This document shows positions 24,896 through 38,310 of a DNA stretch of 64,000 bases, piece after piece. Position 1 is the first letter of the stretch. Every line of letters begins with the position of its first letter. The notes under the pieces were generated by a model. That model saw only the letters and a program-made list of their open reading frames with translations, did not search any database and had not been told where the DNA came from. Location of the stretch: positions 25,978,001-26,042,000 of the forward strand of contig NC_042999.1 of the NCBI RefSeq assembly GCF_006345805.1. The letters run 5' to 3'. The DNA comes from Octopus sinensis. Its lineage: Eukaryota. A program made the translations under genes and the position numbers.

Positions 24896-25401
24896 GATCG
24901 AAATAAATACATTGAAATAATTAAACAAGTACTACTTCCGATGTATTCACACGATAACTTAACTAAAAATGAGTTTTCATTCATGGAAGATGGGCCCACA
25001 TGCCACACGGCGAAAAGGAATCAACAATGGGTGACTGAAAAATAAGATCAAAAAGCTTACTTGGCCGAGCCAATCTCCTGGCATGAACCCAATTGAAAAT
25101 CTGTGGGAAATACTAGATAGAGCTATACGAAAAACTCGACAGAAACCTAAATCTAAAGACGAATTGTCTCGGTCGTTGCGTGAAAACTGGGCAGAAATTC
25201 CACAAAAGACAACCACAAAGCTCATCAGTTCAATGACAAAAATAGTTTCTGAATTAAAAAATGCAAAGGGGATGTCAACTAAATACTAAAGTATGTAGTC
25301 CTACCTATGAATTACACTGTCTTCAGGTCTCTGCTTTATGAAAATCTCTCGCTTTCCTTTGCCACCTCTTTTTTTCTGTATTCCATTGCTACATTCCAGT
25401 G
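24896..25401 (+). mobile_element. Tc1 relic: C-terminal D(34)E half plus probable right TIR
   Basis: KYIEIIKQVLLP...FMEDGPTCHTAK...(+1 frameshift)KIKKLTWPSQSPGMNPIENLW...KGMSTKY* (stop at 25287-25289); 34 residues between D and E after repairing the frameshift; ends ...cattccagtg|TA. Confidence 0.85.
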
Positions 25402-25417
25402 TATGTGTAATAATATT

Positions 25418-25420
25418 AAC

Positions 25421-25483
<63 letters not shown>

Positions 25484-25488
25484 CATCG

Positions 25489-25556
<68 letters not shown>

Positions 25557-25650
25557 GTTGTTCTTCTTCTTCTTATTATTATTTTTATTAGTATTATTGT
25601 AATTATTATTATTATTATTGTCATTATCATCATCATCATCATCATCATAA
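25418..25650. repeat. Compound trinucleotide microsatellite (AAT)n(CAT)n(TAT)n...(CAT)n
   Basis: Direct reading. Confidence 0.95.
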
Positions 25651-26291
25651 TTCAGTTGTAGAAAAATCGAAGCATGTTTGACAATTCTCTAGCGTATTGA
25701 ACTATTTTCTGCGTGACTTTTAACCTACCCTCTGTATGGTATAAATCAACGACTCATTTTAGTAGAAAAGTTATATTACATGAAGTGAGCCTTTGAGTCA
25801 TTATATTTTATGTACGATCGTGTGATCGTCGGGATAACTCAAAAGTTATTCCGTTTGATCTCTTACTATTAGACAGGGTAAATTTCGTGTAGATCTTCTT
25901 GGCCAACTGAAGCATAGAGACAAGAACGAAATCCTATAGAATACAGCTTCGGTATTAAAGTAATGCAGTCAGTGATTCCAGAAGAAACAAGTAATAGTTA
26001 GTAAACACTCATACACACGCACACAGACACACACACACATACAAACACTTGCACTCACTCACGCACACGCACACACATATAGACATAGACACACAATCAC
26101 AGAGAGAAAGAGAGAAGGGAGAGATACAATGATATTGTTTTATATGTACAATAACTTATTAAGAAGACAAGGAGAGATTTGGCTTAAATATATCTGATCA
26201 TTATTGGAGTAAAATGAGAGCAGATTATCGGGCTAAATAAGATGAAAGCTTATACTCGAGCATTTATTTGATTACATCAAAATCATATTTG

Positions 26292-26706
26292 GGATCTTTT
26301 CGGTTTGAACGGCAGTTTTTAACATAGCTTCTAGGTAACTAAAAGTGTTAAACTTCGTATACTGGTAGAATGTGTTTCTAAAACATCTTTTTCTCTTAGC
26401 TTTATTGAGAGAATTCTATAGTTTTTGAGATATTTATTGGTTTTTTTTCTTCTATTTCTGCAATTTCAACCAATCAGTGACGTCTATTGAGTCAAAAACA
26501 TTCTGTGCCGTATGAATATGTCCGTCGTTTAAGAAACAGATTATGAAGAAAAAAATATACCCTTCCCCCACCCCTAACCCTAAACCTAACTAACCCTAAC
26601 CCTAAAAGAGATTTAAATGCAATAGATTGATTCTAGGGTCATTATTCTGGGTGACAATTTCATATGACATTGCTAGAAAAAACTGCCGTTCAAACCGAAA
26701 AGATTA
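26292..26706. mobile_element. Non-autonomous DNA transposon (MITE), ~29-bp TIRs, 8-bp TSD, internal (CCCTAA)n-like tract
   Basis: TIR ggatcttttcggtttgaacggcagttttt / aaaaactgccgttcaaaccgaaaagat(ta); TSD catatttg at 26284-26291 and 26707-26714; inverted homolog at 62503-62906. GG termini plus 8-bp TSD suggest Merlin (hAT not excluded). Confidence 0.9.
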
Positions 26707-27077
26707 CATATTTGTTAAAAAGAAAGAGAAAATGAGAGTATGCGATACAGGGAGAGACACAGGTATGGTAAGAAAAATATTAGAAAATAAGAGAGAGAGA
26801 GGGGGGAGAGGAAAGCGATGTCAGAGAGAATGAGGGAGAGAGATACTGAGATCTCAGAATGTCTGAAAGTTCAAAAATGCTGAATAGACGCCAATGTATG
26901 GCCGGTGTATATATCAAAATTGCTAATCCACAGAAACAATACACATATACAACCGTACACACATACTTACATACATGCATATATACATACATACGAGTAC
27001 ATATATATTCATCAAAATTAAAAGTATGTGTGAATGTGCATGAATATTTATATGTATGATGCATCTCTCTCTCTCTA

Positions 27078-27118
<41 letters not shown>

Positions 27119-27180
27119 TCATATATAGAATATATGTATAATATATATATGTATATGTGCACGATCTCAGATGTGGTCAC

Positions 27181-27473
27181 CGTTTTAGTCACTGGACTGC
27201 GGCCATGCGGGTGTACCGCCTTGAAGGGTTTCTGTCGAATAGACCCCACGATTTCTTTTTAAGCTGAGTACTTATTCCACCGTTTGCTTTTGCCGTACAT
27301 ACCTACATACATACACACGCACATACGACGAGCTTCCCTCAGTATCCGTTTACCCAATTCACTCAGAAAGTTTTGGTCGGTCTGAGCCCTGTCCAAGGTG
27401 TCACACAGTTGGACTGAACTTAAAACGATGTGGTTGGGAAACAAGCTTATTACCATACAGCCACATTCCGCCT
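27181..27473 (-). mobile_element. SINE family B, older and internally deleted
   Basis: gttttagtcactggactgcggccatgc...ttttggtcgg...ccaaggtgtcacacagttggactgaac...taccatacagccac. Confidence 0.8.
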
Positions 27474-27652
27474 ATCCACACATGCACACGCTCACACACA
27501 CGCGCGCATACATAGTGAAATAGAGAAAGAGATAGATAGATATGCATGTATTCCAGATATATGTATGAACATAGAAATATACATGCGTATAAGCACGCGC
27601 CTACATTCTCACCTACATTCTCACACAGACAGACGCACACACAGACACACAA

Positions 27653-27691
<39 letters not shown>

Positions 27692-28973
27692 TATGTTGGC
27701 AACTACACACATACAAACACTTGCATTCACTCACGCACACGCACTCTCGCCATTTTCTTTTTAATTTTTGAATTTATTCCGTTTTTAAATTTTGGAATCT
27801 ATTATTTTCGAGAATTTTATTTTTCAATCATTTTGGAATCTATTTTGTGTTTTTTCTAGTTAATTTTAGTTAATGTCTTATTTATTTTCAGTTCATTAAA
27901 ATGGAATGTCAAGTTAAGAAAACCGAGCATTTTTGACACCTTCTTTTCTCTTTTAATCAAGGTTCTAAGACAGCAAAATCTGCCCGCGATATTTGTGCTG
28001 TGTATGGAGAGAGTGCCATAGTTGGTTGTGATTGATATGCAAAATTCAAAAATGAAAATTTTGACCTCGTTCTGGCCGTCCATTTGAGTTCAATGAAGAG
28101 CGATTAAACCAACTTCTGCACGAAAATATTCGTCAAACTGCAAGGGAACTGACAGAGAAAATGGAACGCCCCCACACTGCTCTAGAGAAGCATTTTCACT
28201 CGATGGGTAATGTTCAGAGGTATGGAGCATGGGTCCCTCATGCTTTAAGTGACAACAACAGAAATCAACGAGCTACAATCTCCGCTGGTTTGCTTGCTGG
28301 TCATTGCTCAACTCATGGACACAAGCAAGGATTTCTTTACCGAATCGTTACTGGCGACTGAAAATGGTGCCTGTACTTCAATATGAAGCAGCGTAAGAAA
28401 TGGCTTAGCCCCGTTAAACAAGCGACACCGCATAAAACGATGTTTTGCGTATGGTGGAACTGGGAAGAGATTATCCATTACAAATCGCTTAAACGGAACC
28501 AAACGGTCAACGTGGAACTCTATGTTCAATAGGTGGAACCACTCATCACGGTTATTCAAGAGAAAAGATCTAATCGGCAGCATGGAGTTCTTCTGCTGCA
28601 CGACAACGCCTACCTTCATATCGCCAATATGACCAAGGATGCCGTTCAAACGCATGGCTGTGAAGTGTTGCTACACCCGCCGTACTCTCCTGATTTGTCA
28701 GCAACGGATTTCCACCTCTTTCGATCTCTTTCAAATGCTATGCAAGGAGTTTCGTTCAATACTGATGAAGAATTGAGAGCTTGGTTGGATCAATTTTTCG
28801 CGTCGAAATCGGGTGATTTATACCAACGAGATATTGAAAATCTTGTTGAACGTTGAGAAGAAGTTGTAAGCAACAAGGGTGAACACATTATTGATAAATT
28901 AGTTCTTATTTTTTTATAATACCTTTTAAAAAATTTAAAAAAAAAAACGGTGAGAACTTAGTTGCCAACCTAA
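27692..28973 (+). mobile_element. Near full-length mariner (DD34D) relic
   Basis: Right TIR ...cggtgagaacttagttgccaacctaa|TA; left TIR remnant tgttggcaacta at 27694-27705; transposase from ATG 27901 (MECQVKKTEHF) with WVPHAL, IVTGD*KW, MFCVWW, LLHDNA, HPPYSPDLSATDFHLF, KGEHII; 34 residues between D2 and D3; stops and frameshifts. Confidence 0.95.
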
Positions 28974-29043
28974 TATATATATATATATATATACATCTTA
29001 CGTATATACCTGTATATAAATACATATCCTATATACATATATC

Positions 29044-29075
<32 letters not shown>

Positions 29076-29190
29076 TGTATGTTGTATGTATGTATGTATG
29101 TATGTATGGATGGATGTATGTATATATATATATAATATATATATATATATATTATATATATATATATAATGTATATATGTGCATATATTC
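28974..29190. repeat. (TA)n/(TATG)n microsatellite
   Basis: Direct reading, starts at the mariner TA target. Confidence 0.9.
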
Positions 29191-29815
29191 GTATGCGTGT
29201 ATGCTTGTTGAGAGTGTGAATTGGTGACATATAAAGAAGTGATTGGTAGTGAGATATTGCGAGCGTATAGTAGACTATTAATTTTAGAGTATTCGCATGA
29301 TCATAAGGAGCTTTCAATTTTTCACCGTGTCGTTTCTTTCTAGTGCATCCATGAAGAACATCGCTATAGCCTCGCAAAAGTATGAATGTATATGTACATA
29401 TCAGAAGGTGGTTATTGGTGTTTTATAAAGAATGAATTTCTACAATAGCTCACACTTTCTCCCTACTTTAGATTGCATGAAAATCCCATCAGTGTTTCTA
29501 ACTTTATTACTAGTAAGCCTTTTGTTGTTCCAGTAATATCGTACTTGAAAAAGCACTTGGAAACACATGCTTTGATGATTCGTTTCAGTTATTAGGAAAA
29601 AAAAAGACATGACGGTAGTGTGATAACAGAAATGAAAACATAATGAAAAAACTATACAATTATAGGAATATTGCATATTGCACCGCGATATTCTTATACG
29701 AGATGAAGTAGGTCTATATGAATATGTACGTATGTGTATATGTGCATGTATATATATATATATATATTATATATATATATATGTATAGATGTATATGTTG
29801 TATATATATATGTAT

Positions 29816-29943
<128 letters not shown>

Positions 29944-29953
29944 TATATATATA

Positions 29954-31140
29954 TGAGATGGGATCAATAAGTAACCAGGTATTCAGACGGTTGCCATAGT
30001 AACAAAACTAATGCATGCAGAGTGAACTACTTGGAACAGATTTCCCGTGTGCTCTGTTGTGTATGCATTCTACGGTTAAACGTTGTAGCTCACTTCCGCT
30101 GTTTACGGCGGTGCTTGGAAGGAACGTGTGTGGCGCGTGATCGTAGCATTGACGACGACAGAGATAGTTGTCCTGACGATACTCGCTCAGGGGTCTAGCA
30201 AATGTGCAGAAAGTGTATGCAGAGGAGTGTATATTTGTTCGTTCCCGAGCCATGCCTGGCTCATAAGGGCCGGTTTCCCTGTCTCTCTGGCGTATAGGTT
30301 CTCCACCTGGACGGGACGCCGGTCCGTCGCAGGTGAGCTGCATGATGCAGGAGCAAAGAGTGAGAGAAAGTTGTAGCAAAAGAGTCAGCAGAAGTCCGAT
30401 ATTACCTTCTGCCGGAGCAGCGTGGAGCTTAGGTGTTTTCACTCATAAACACACACATCACCCGGTCTGAGATTCGAAGCCGCGATCCCTCGACCGCGAG
30501 TCCGCTGCTCTAACCACTAGGCCATGTCCCTCCACAGCGAAGTGTATGAACTCCACACAAGTGTACAAGTGGTTCAGGCGTTTCTATGATAGCCGCAAAC
30601 ATGTCGATGGTGACGAACATTCTGAGAGACCCGCATCCAGCAGAACTGAGAAAACCATTGCAGATGTGCGAGCAGCTGTGAGGGGAAACCGTCGGATCGC
30701 CATCCGTGAGTTATCAGAGAATGTGCAGATTAATTACGGTTCAGGTCAGTCCATTATCACTTAAAAATTTAGATATGTGACGCATGACTGCCGTTTGCAC
30801 CAAAACTGCTTTCAGCTGACCAAATGGACACTCGCGTTCCCGTTGCACACGAACTCATTGATTGCGTCGAGAAGGATTAAAAGTTTTTGTAAACTTTGCA
30901 TATGCCTCTAAGGAGGTACCGTCAAAATTTGAGAGAGATTATCCGCCGAACTTTCTCAGTCATGGTCAATGTGACGATCACACGCTACACAGGTTCCTAC
31001 CAAACAGTGAGTTAGAATGTTAAAACTTAGGGCACATGCACAGCAGAGTTCACGATCAATCTGTGCTGAGTGGCTTTACATTGCGTTCTTTAGCTTCATT
31101 GCTATGGCAACAGTCCGTATACTTATTGATCAAATCACAT
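29954..31140 (+). mobile_element. Internally deleted mariner-like element with long diverged TIRs, flanked by long (TA)n tracts, interrupted by a SINE
   Basis: Left tgagatgggatcaataagta...gttgccatagtaa vs right ttgctatggcaacagtccgtatacttattgatcaaatcaca, similarity extending ~100 bp; HTH peptide TQVYKWFRRF..SRKHVDGDEHSERPASS..EKTIADVR..VRGNRRIAIRELS at 30546-30764. Confidence 0.85.
30236..30533 (-). mobile_element. tRNA-Arg-like-headed SINE with V-SINE-like central domain, inserted in the mariner
   Basis: Head ggagggacatggcctagtggttagagcagcggactcgcggtc shared with family C; then cctgcgacggaccggcgtcccgtccagg (from memory the V domain TGCGATGGACTGGCRTCCCRTCCAGG) and gaaaccggcccttatgagcc..tggctcg. 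Confidence 0.75.
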
Positions 31141-31154
31141 TACGTATATATATA

Positions 31155-31244
<90 letters not shown>

Positions 31245-33232
31245 ATATATATTACATATATATAGTGTGTGTGTAATATATGATATATATATATTATATA
31301 TATATATATATATATATTCTGTTGTGTCTGGGGAGAGTCATTTTTTTTGTTCCGTATAATTTCCACTTATTTCTCATTTCTATGTTCCTAAAATTTTCGT
31401 TGCGTCCTGCAACCTTTTCAATAGTCTGAAAATTAGAGGAAAATTGGTTTCCCTTCATGATGGAATTTCAACTGGCGGTTGTCCCTTATTTGCTGAATCG
31501 AAACAAATAAACGAAGATACCTTATAAGCACCCTGATTGTATTACGACCATCTCATTCGACCTATGAAACATTAGATGATTCTACAGGCATATGTGTCCG
31601 CAACGGAAAAGTCAGGTAAAATCAGCATCGTACCCTACGACAGATCTGGGCCTCTAACATTACTGTACGATTTCCAAACACTTACAATCCCTCCAAAGAT
31701 TAGAGTTAAACCGACAGAACTACACACTCGATGAACAAGCCACTGCACGCGGGGACCTTAAACAGGAAATCGACCAACTTGAACATGGCTATCAAATTCC
31801 TCAAACATTTCAACATAGTATCTAGAAAAGGGAACCTTTGGCAGTTTCATTGTAGATATGCAAGATGTATACGATAGTGGAAACTCCAGTTGCCATGAGT
31901 TGGTTCAATAAAAACTAAATATAATATACGAGCAACATTTGAGTTGCTTATTTAATTCAGTCTGTCTTATTCACTTTCTGAGTTTCCGTGAGCCATTTAT
32001 ACACTTAGGTCATGTTGAGGTCATTTACCAAAAATTCTTACCTCTAAGATAAATATCTTCACAAAAAGATTAATACTTCTTGCAGCTGTCACCCTGTTTA
32101 ATTATATAATAATTATACAGCATAAAATCAACATGTTAAATTTAACATACACACACAAAGACACACACACACACGTACATATGTATACAAATATGTAAAT
32201 ATATTACCCTAAACCAATATATATACATATATGTGTGTGTGTATATGTGTGTGTATTCTTGTGTGTATGTGTGTGTTTATGCGTGTTTACTACGAAAGAA
32301 TTCCGTGATTATTGATATTTATTATTTCAATTCATATATAAAATGTTTCTCGATTTTCGCAGCCGTGATTAGCCTCCTTTGTCCAGATTCTTTTTATGTC
32401 TTACATCCTTATATCAGGCATATAACTATTAAAAATCTGTTCTCTTTTTACGAAATCAATATTGATATGGGATATTATGAGATAATTTCAATCCCATGAA
32501 CCATTTGAATCCTTTCTAAATAATATATCAGTTTTCTTTTGTTTTCTAAAAAAAAAAAAAAATCGCCTGATTGAAGCTTTGTACCGTACTCAAATAATTC
32601 ATATTATAACTACTATATTTACCTTTAAGTGACACGTAACACAAACTAAATCAACAATCTACAGGTTTTTGAAAGAAATTTTATTGCATTTGTGTTGTCC
32701 AAGTAGAATGAAATACGATTTGGTTTTCACTTGTTACATCTGTCACAATATGGTAACGAAACTAATTTCAGTTGTCTGTCCTTTCTCTTGCTGCTTTCAG
32801 ACGTGTCTCATATTGCTAGCTCATGGATGTTGTTTGTCAGTCGCCCTACAAACACATTACGTCTTTGTCTTCTTAAACTATAATGAGCTTAGCATATATC
32901 CTGTGACACTTGTCTGTGTATTAATCTAGATTTCTCATACTTAATCGGATTACATAATTACGTGTATTTCACTTAAATTGCTACAATACACTGTTTGACA
33001 TATCATCACATATATTAATTTATATATGGCCTCGGGTATGGCCATGTGGTTAAGACATTTTCATTACAACTACTTAGTATCGTGCCCCTTTCCACTTCAC
33101 AATGATATTATTTCATAAACCCAGCAAATCTCCGTGGGCAGAATTGTGCATATCGGATTGACCATCCTGCTCTTGGGCAATAATCATGATCATCACGCGG
33201 CTTTACACTAGCAACTTGGTATTATCCACTTT

Positions 33233-33463
33233 AGGCGGTGAGCTGGCAGAAACGTTAGCACGCCGGGCGAAATGCGTAGCCGTATTTTGTCTGCGTTACG
33301 TTCTGAGTTCAAATTCCGCCGAGGTCGACTTTGCCTTTCATCCTTTCGGGGTCGATTAAATAAGTACCAGTTACGCACTGGGGTCGATAAAATTGACTTA
33401 ATCCGTTTGTCTGTCCTTGTTTGTCCTCTCTGTGTTTAGCCCCTTGTGAGTAGCAAAGAAATA
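33233..33463 (+). mobile_element. SINE family A monomer with ~12-bp TSD
   Basis: ggtattatccac (33218-33229) and ggtattgtccac (33464-33475) flank an intact copy. Confidence 0.95.
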
Positions 33464-34780
33464 GGTATTGTCCACGTTATTGCTTCCACAGTGATGGAAG
33501 CCCTGAGGTCATGCTTACGGCGTGTTGTAAAATTCCTGCCTTAACTCCTATGTTGACTTAATCTCGTAATACTTCTAACAGTTTTTATAATTTTCCCTAT
33601 TGGTGGAAAACTAAGCTGTGCAGACTGCAGTAAGCGTGATTCTCTGTAGCCACTATCATCCAGATTGCAAAATGTAGTGTTACTGCAAGTCTGAAGTGAA
33701 CAAATTTATAGACAGGCCCATAGAGTATTTTCATATAATGTGCCCCACCTTAATAGTCATCCGTCTGTTCAACAGGCCATAATATAACACGTTCAATAAT
33801 TTAATTAGCATAAAGTATCATCGATGAATGGGATTGGTGGGCGAGATTTGATTATTTCAATCCATTCAATCCGTTACAGTAAAATCTTTTCCCTGTCGTA
33901 TGTTAAAATCCTTCAATATATATTCTACACTGAGAAACATCCAAACATCAGGTATTGAATCACTGAATGCTGCTCTCCTCTGGGGAACAGAAAGTAGAGC
34001 AAAGCATTTCATTTCACGCTATTTCAGTCCATTTCGTTGGCAAACGTGAGTATTTCTAAGATGGACCGGTGCCGTGTCCAATGGGGAATATATACACCAC
34101 TGAATCCAGGACACCCGCCCTATGGATTTATATGACTTGGAAGGAGCTTCATCCATTCGAAGACTACTTAAATGTGATTTCCAGTTGAAGCTAACAATGT
34201 TTTATGCACGTGGAACAACTTCTCCATATAAAGGAAAAATATAAATTTCATCGCTTTTAATTTGTCACTAAAACTCTGATTTACTTGCATATATCTGCAT
34301 GTGAATGTGTATTTGAGAGAAGGAGGGGAGGGAGAGAAAGAGAGAGAACGAGAAAGGGAGAGAGAACGAGATATATTTGAATTTTATTGTATTTCATAGT
34401 TACAAAGATCTATTATTTTATAAATTACTAATTGAACTCTTCTGTATGTAAATTTTCGTTTTGCATTCCTCCATCTTAGTCATGCTTGTACTATTCCATT
34501 TGTAGTGATTTTCATGTAGCCATATTGCAATATTTCCGTCTGAATGACATCATGTTTATTCCATTTCATTAGCGTCCCAAAATATAATGTCGTTAGGCAA
34601 TAACTTCATTTTGACCGACTATGCAATAGGTCAAACAATCATTTTAATAATCAACGTAAAACGTGCTATTACAATTCATAAACGTTATTATATTAGAATG
34701 ATTGCAAAAGAAATATTTTATTCGCATCCTCATATCTTCGTAATCCTCTCTCTCTGTTCCTTTTTTCTGTCTGTCTGTCG

Positions 34781-35003
<223 letters not shown>

Positions 35004-35902
35004 CACATACATATATGTTTGTATGTATGTATATATACATGTATAAACAAATGTATGTATGCATGTATGTATGTGTATATACACATACATATACACCTAC
35101 ACGCACGTACACACGCATGCACATTCACAGGAAACGAATTAACTCGTATATCAAGTCATTACTGTATAGAGGTATGTTGGGTTGGTGGAGACAGGAAAAA
35201 TGGAATATATGTATATTTTTTATTTAATTTTAGCAGAAGTAACACAGAATGACTCAAGGTACGAGAGTTTCGTGCGTAGAGACTTATCAAATGTTTAGTA
35301 CTTATATACGCACACAAAACGCCAGGATGATTACTAACTGCTGTAACGGAGAAAACATGACTGGATTCTACAAGAAAGTGTATCAGACTAGTGTTAATTT
35401 AGATTTTTATATACTGTGATAAGGAGAATGTTAGATATTCATTTGTCTTCAAAATGACTTCCGTTACATTTTCCAACATATAGTTGCAGTTACATAAATA
35501 TTGTCATCAGTACACTATCTGGAGGAAGCTGTGATTCTCCATTTTCTTATCTACTAGCAATGGACGTATGTAGACGAAAGTATGTTTGTGTGGGATAACT
35601 AGATTTACTAAAAATATGCCTAAAACATATGAATTCAAACAAACATATGTATTTCTGAATAGATAATGTACACATGCAAAAGTTCTCAAATTTTTCAGTT
35701 TTCTCTAATTGTGAGACAATTATGTTTTCTTTAGGAATATAAGCGTAAACAAGCGAAATTGAATGATAAAGCGATAGAATATGTAAGAAGGAAGAAATAA
35801 TCCATTTAACATGTTACTTACATAGTCCTATTTTCTTCATAGAAAATATATTTATCAACCCATTCTATAGTTATATTTGTATAGATGATTATAATGTGTA
35901 TG

Positions 35903-35952
<50 letters not shown>

Positions 35953-37549
35953 ATATATATATATATATATATATATCTATATATATATATATATATATAT
36001 ATATGATCTACTAGATTAGTTAAGTAAAATGTTATCTCTGTTCTGCGCTAACACAACGATATGATACATATCTCTTCCATGTATTAGACTATAAGCAGTA
36101 TAATGTCGTACATAAATTCCAAGACACTAAATATAGTCTTTCCTTAATCCAAAGATTCAATTATTGATGATGGAATCATGTAGCTGATCAGCAAACAAAC
36201 TGATCGATCTGATTTCTACTGATTATCATGTCTTTTACTTGTAGATTTATTACGTAATACATTTCCACCTGATAGGATTAATTTTCTTATCCTTTTCATT
36301 ACATTTTGCAACGTTCAGTGGGTTCTAGCTCGGAAGAATTTAATCAGATTATAAAATTTACATTGTGAAATCTTCAGTATTTCAAAGAAATTTCGCAAAA
36401 TTAATGTTTTTTCCTGTATGTTATAATTCATTAAAAAACTTGAATCTCTGTCAAAACATTTCAGTAAATAAGTCATCTGATATATTGCAGTTCACTTTCT
36501 ATCATCACTGCTAAGCGATTAACTTAAAACCCGTTTTCGGAAATGCGTGTATTTTATCATTATAACTATTGAATGCGATTCAGTCTGGCAATAATAAATA
36601 TTGGTCCTTTTTTTCCTTTCCATTTTCTCTGCCGTTGTGCCCCTTTGATAATATAAATATAGATCTTGCAGGTCTACAGCCAAAGGCATTCATGCCGATT
36701 TACGTCAGTGGCTTTCTGCTATTAGGCACTCCATCGTCATGTGTGTTGTTGTCTTCTTCAAAATGACGCTTTGTAATTTGAAATTTGCTTTGTTGCTACT
36801 TTTCGCTGGCTAATAAAGGCTGCAATATTGTGTGAATACCATAATTTTGTGAATTTCTTTGATGACATCTGCAAAATAGTTTTGGTAATACAAAACTATT
36901 TTTTTATGAACAAAGTTAAACATAACGACATGGCATTTTATTTTTGCTCACCTCTGGAGCTGCGCTGTAGAAACTATCTACACCTAGTCGTTATTTCTCA
37001 CTCACTCACTCACTCACTCCTTCACTCACTCACCCACTGACTGACTGACTCACTCACTCACTCACTCTCTATTCCTTCCTCTCTTTCTGTATCTTTCTCT
37101 CCGTATATGTTTTGTGTATGTGTTAAGTATAAAGATGGAGTTAATGTAGACATAGATATGGTGCATTGAGACATTTATGATTCGGAAGAGAATAACACTT
37201 CGAAAATTTCCTTTAAATAGGTTACACTCCGTGAAACATAAAATTACAAAACATTCAGTTTTATTACATAATATAACATAATTTCCAAATACTATAATAT
37301 AATGTACATTAACCTAATAAATTGTAATGTACTATAATATGTAGTATAATACAATAGTATAAAATATAATAAAATATCTTTATTCAGGCGGCCGCAAGCA
37401 AGTTGTATTTCACCCTCTCGTGCCAAGAATTTCGCTTTCATAGTACTCATGTCAAATCCTAAGTTTCAGTCCGTGTGTCTCTGACTATACTATCAATATA
37501 ATTAAGTGCCTTCATCTTGTATTAGGTTGAGGAATTCCATAAAACATAG

Positions 37550-38310
37550 CACCTGATATGCTCAGCAGGAGACCAGTAACCAGAAAAATTTACTTCCTGT
37601 TGAATAACATGTTTTAGACATCAGCGGCAACCTTCATCATTCAAGAGATCATTGGGACCCTTCTTGCAAGTCTATGTTTCGTTTTCATAGAAACAAATGA
37701 TCTCTATGTAATGAAAACTGCAAACCTTGTTGATTTTGATATTTTTTTAATTATCAGATATTTCAAACTTTTTATCAACAAATTAGTCCTGTTATTTGCT
37801 CAATAGGAAGGCTGGTTTCTCTGAGAAATATAAGGCTCAGTTAACTTGAGTTGTGTGCCATGTTTGGGCCAAATTAGCAGATGATTTTCTGTTAACGGCC
37901 AGTTTTCTTCCACATTGAGAAACAGACTGACTTTGACTGCAATATTCTCTAATGATGTTAACAAAGCCTTCCGCTCCACTCTGTATGAGGTGCAAAGGCA
38001 AAAATCATCAATATAGTCAAATACAATGTGATCCTGACCCTACTAATGCCTTGATCGCTTATGCTTAATAGTGAGCCGTTTGTCATGCATAGCTGCAATG
38101 CTCTACCTAAGAATGTAGTCCAGTAAAATCACAGACAGAAAATGTGTTAGGACGTCTCGTAACAGTGGTTACTACTATTGTGGGAAACTCTTTAGTAGGA
38201 CCTTTTGTATTTCGTTCGTTATTTGATGCGTTTTCTAACGTGATGACGATTAATATGTCAGTTCCTCTAGGATACGTTAGTTCTACAAGACATGTAACAT
38301 GACTCATCTT
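37550..38310 (-). mobile_element. Decayed RTE-clade LINE reverse-transcriptase fragment
   Basis: Minus-strand TKGPTKEF, LRDVLTHFLSVILLDYILR*SI, KRSRH, VFDYIDDFCL (37997-38024), LLTSLENIAVKVSLFLN, LKYL match the RTE pattern GVLQGDTLAPFLF.IVLDYVLR...RSRR...DLDYADDIAL...LL..LE..A.KVGL.LN...FKYL. Confidence 0.7.

Noticed and set aside
26570-26606. CCCTAA repeats as a chromosome end or fusion scar
   Set aside because: Short, degenerate and internal to a TSD-flanked MITE present twice
31440-31900. Moderately GC-rich block with GISTGGCPLF-like peptide
   Set aside because: Too short and stop-ridden to assign to any RT or host protein
37387-37472. Possible exon after ttcag (NotI-containing GC-rich patch)
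   Set aside because: Two of three frames are closed, weak donor, no recognisable peptide
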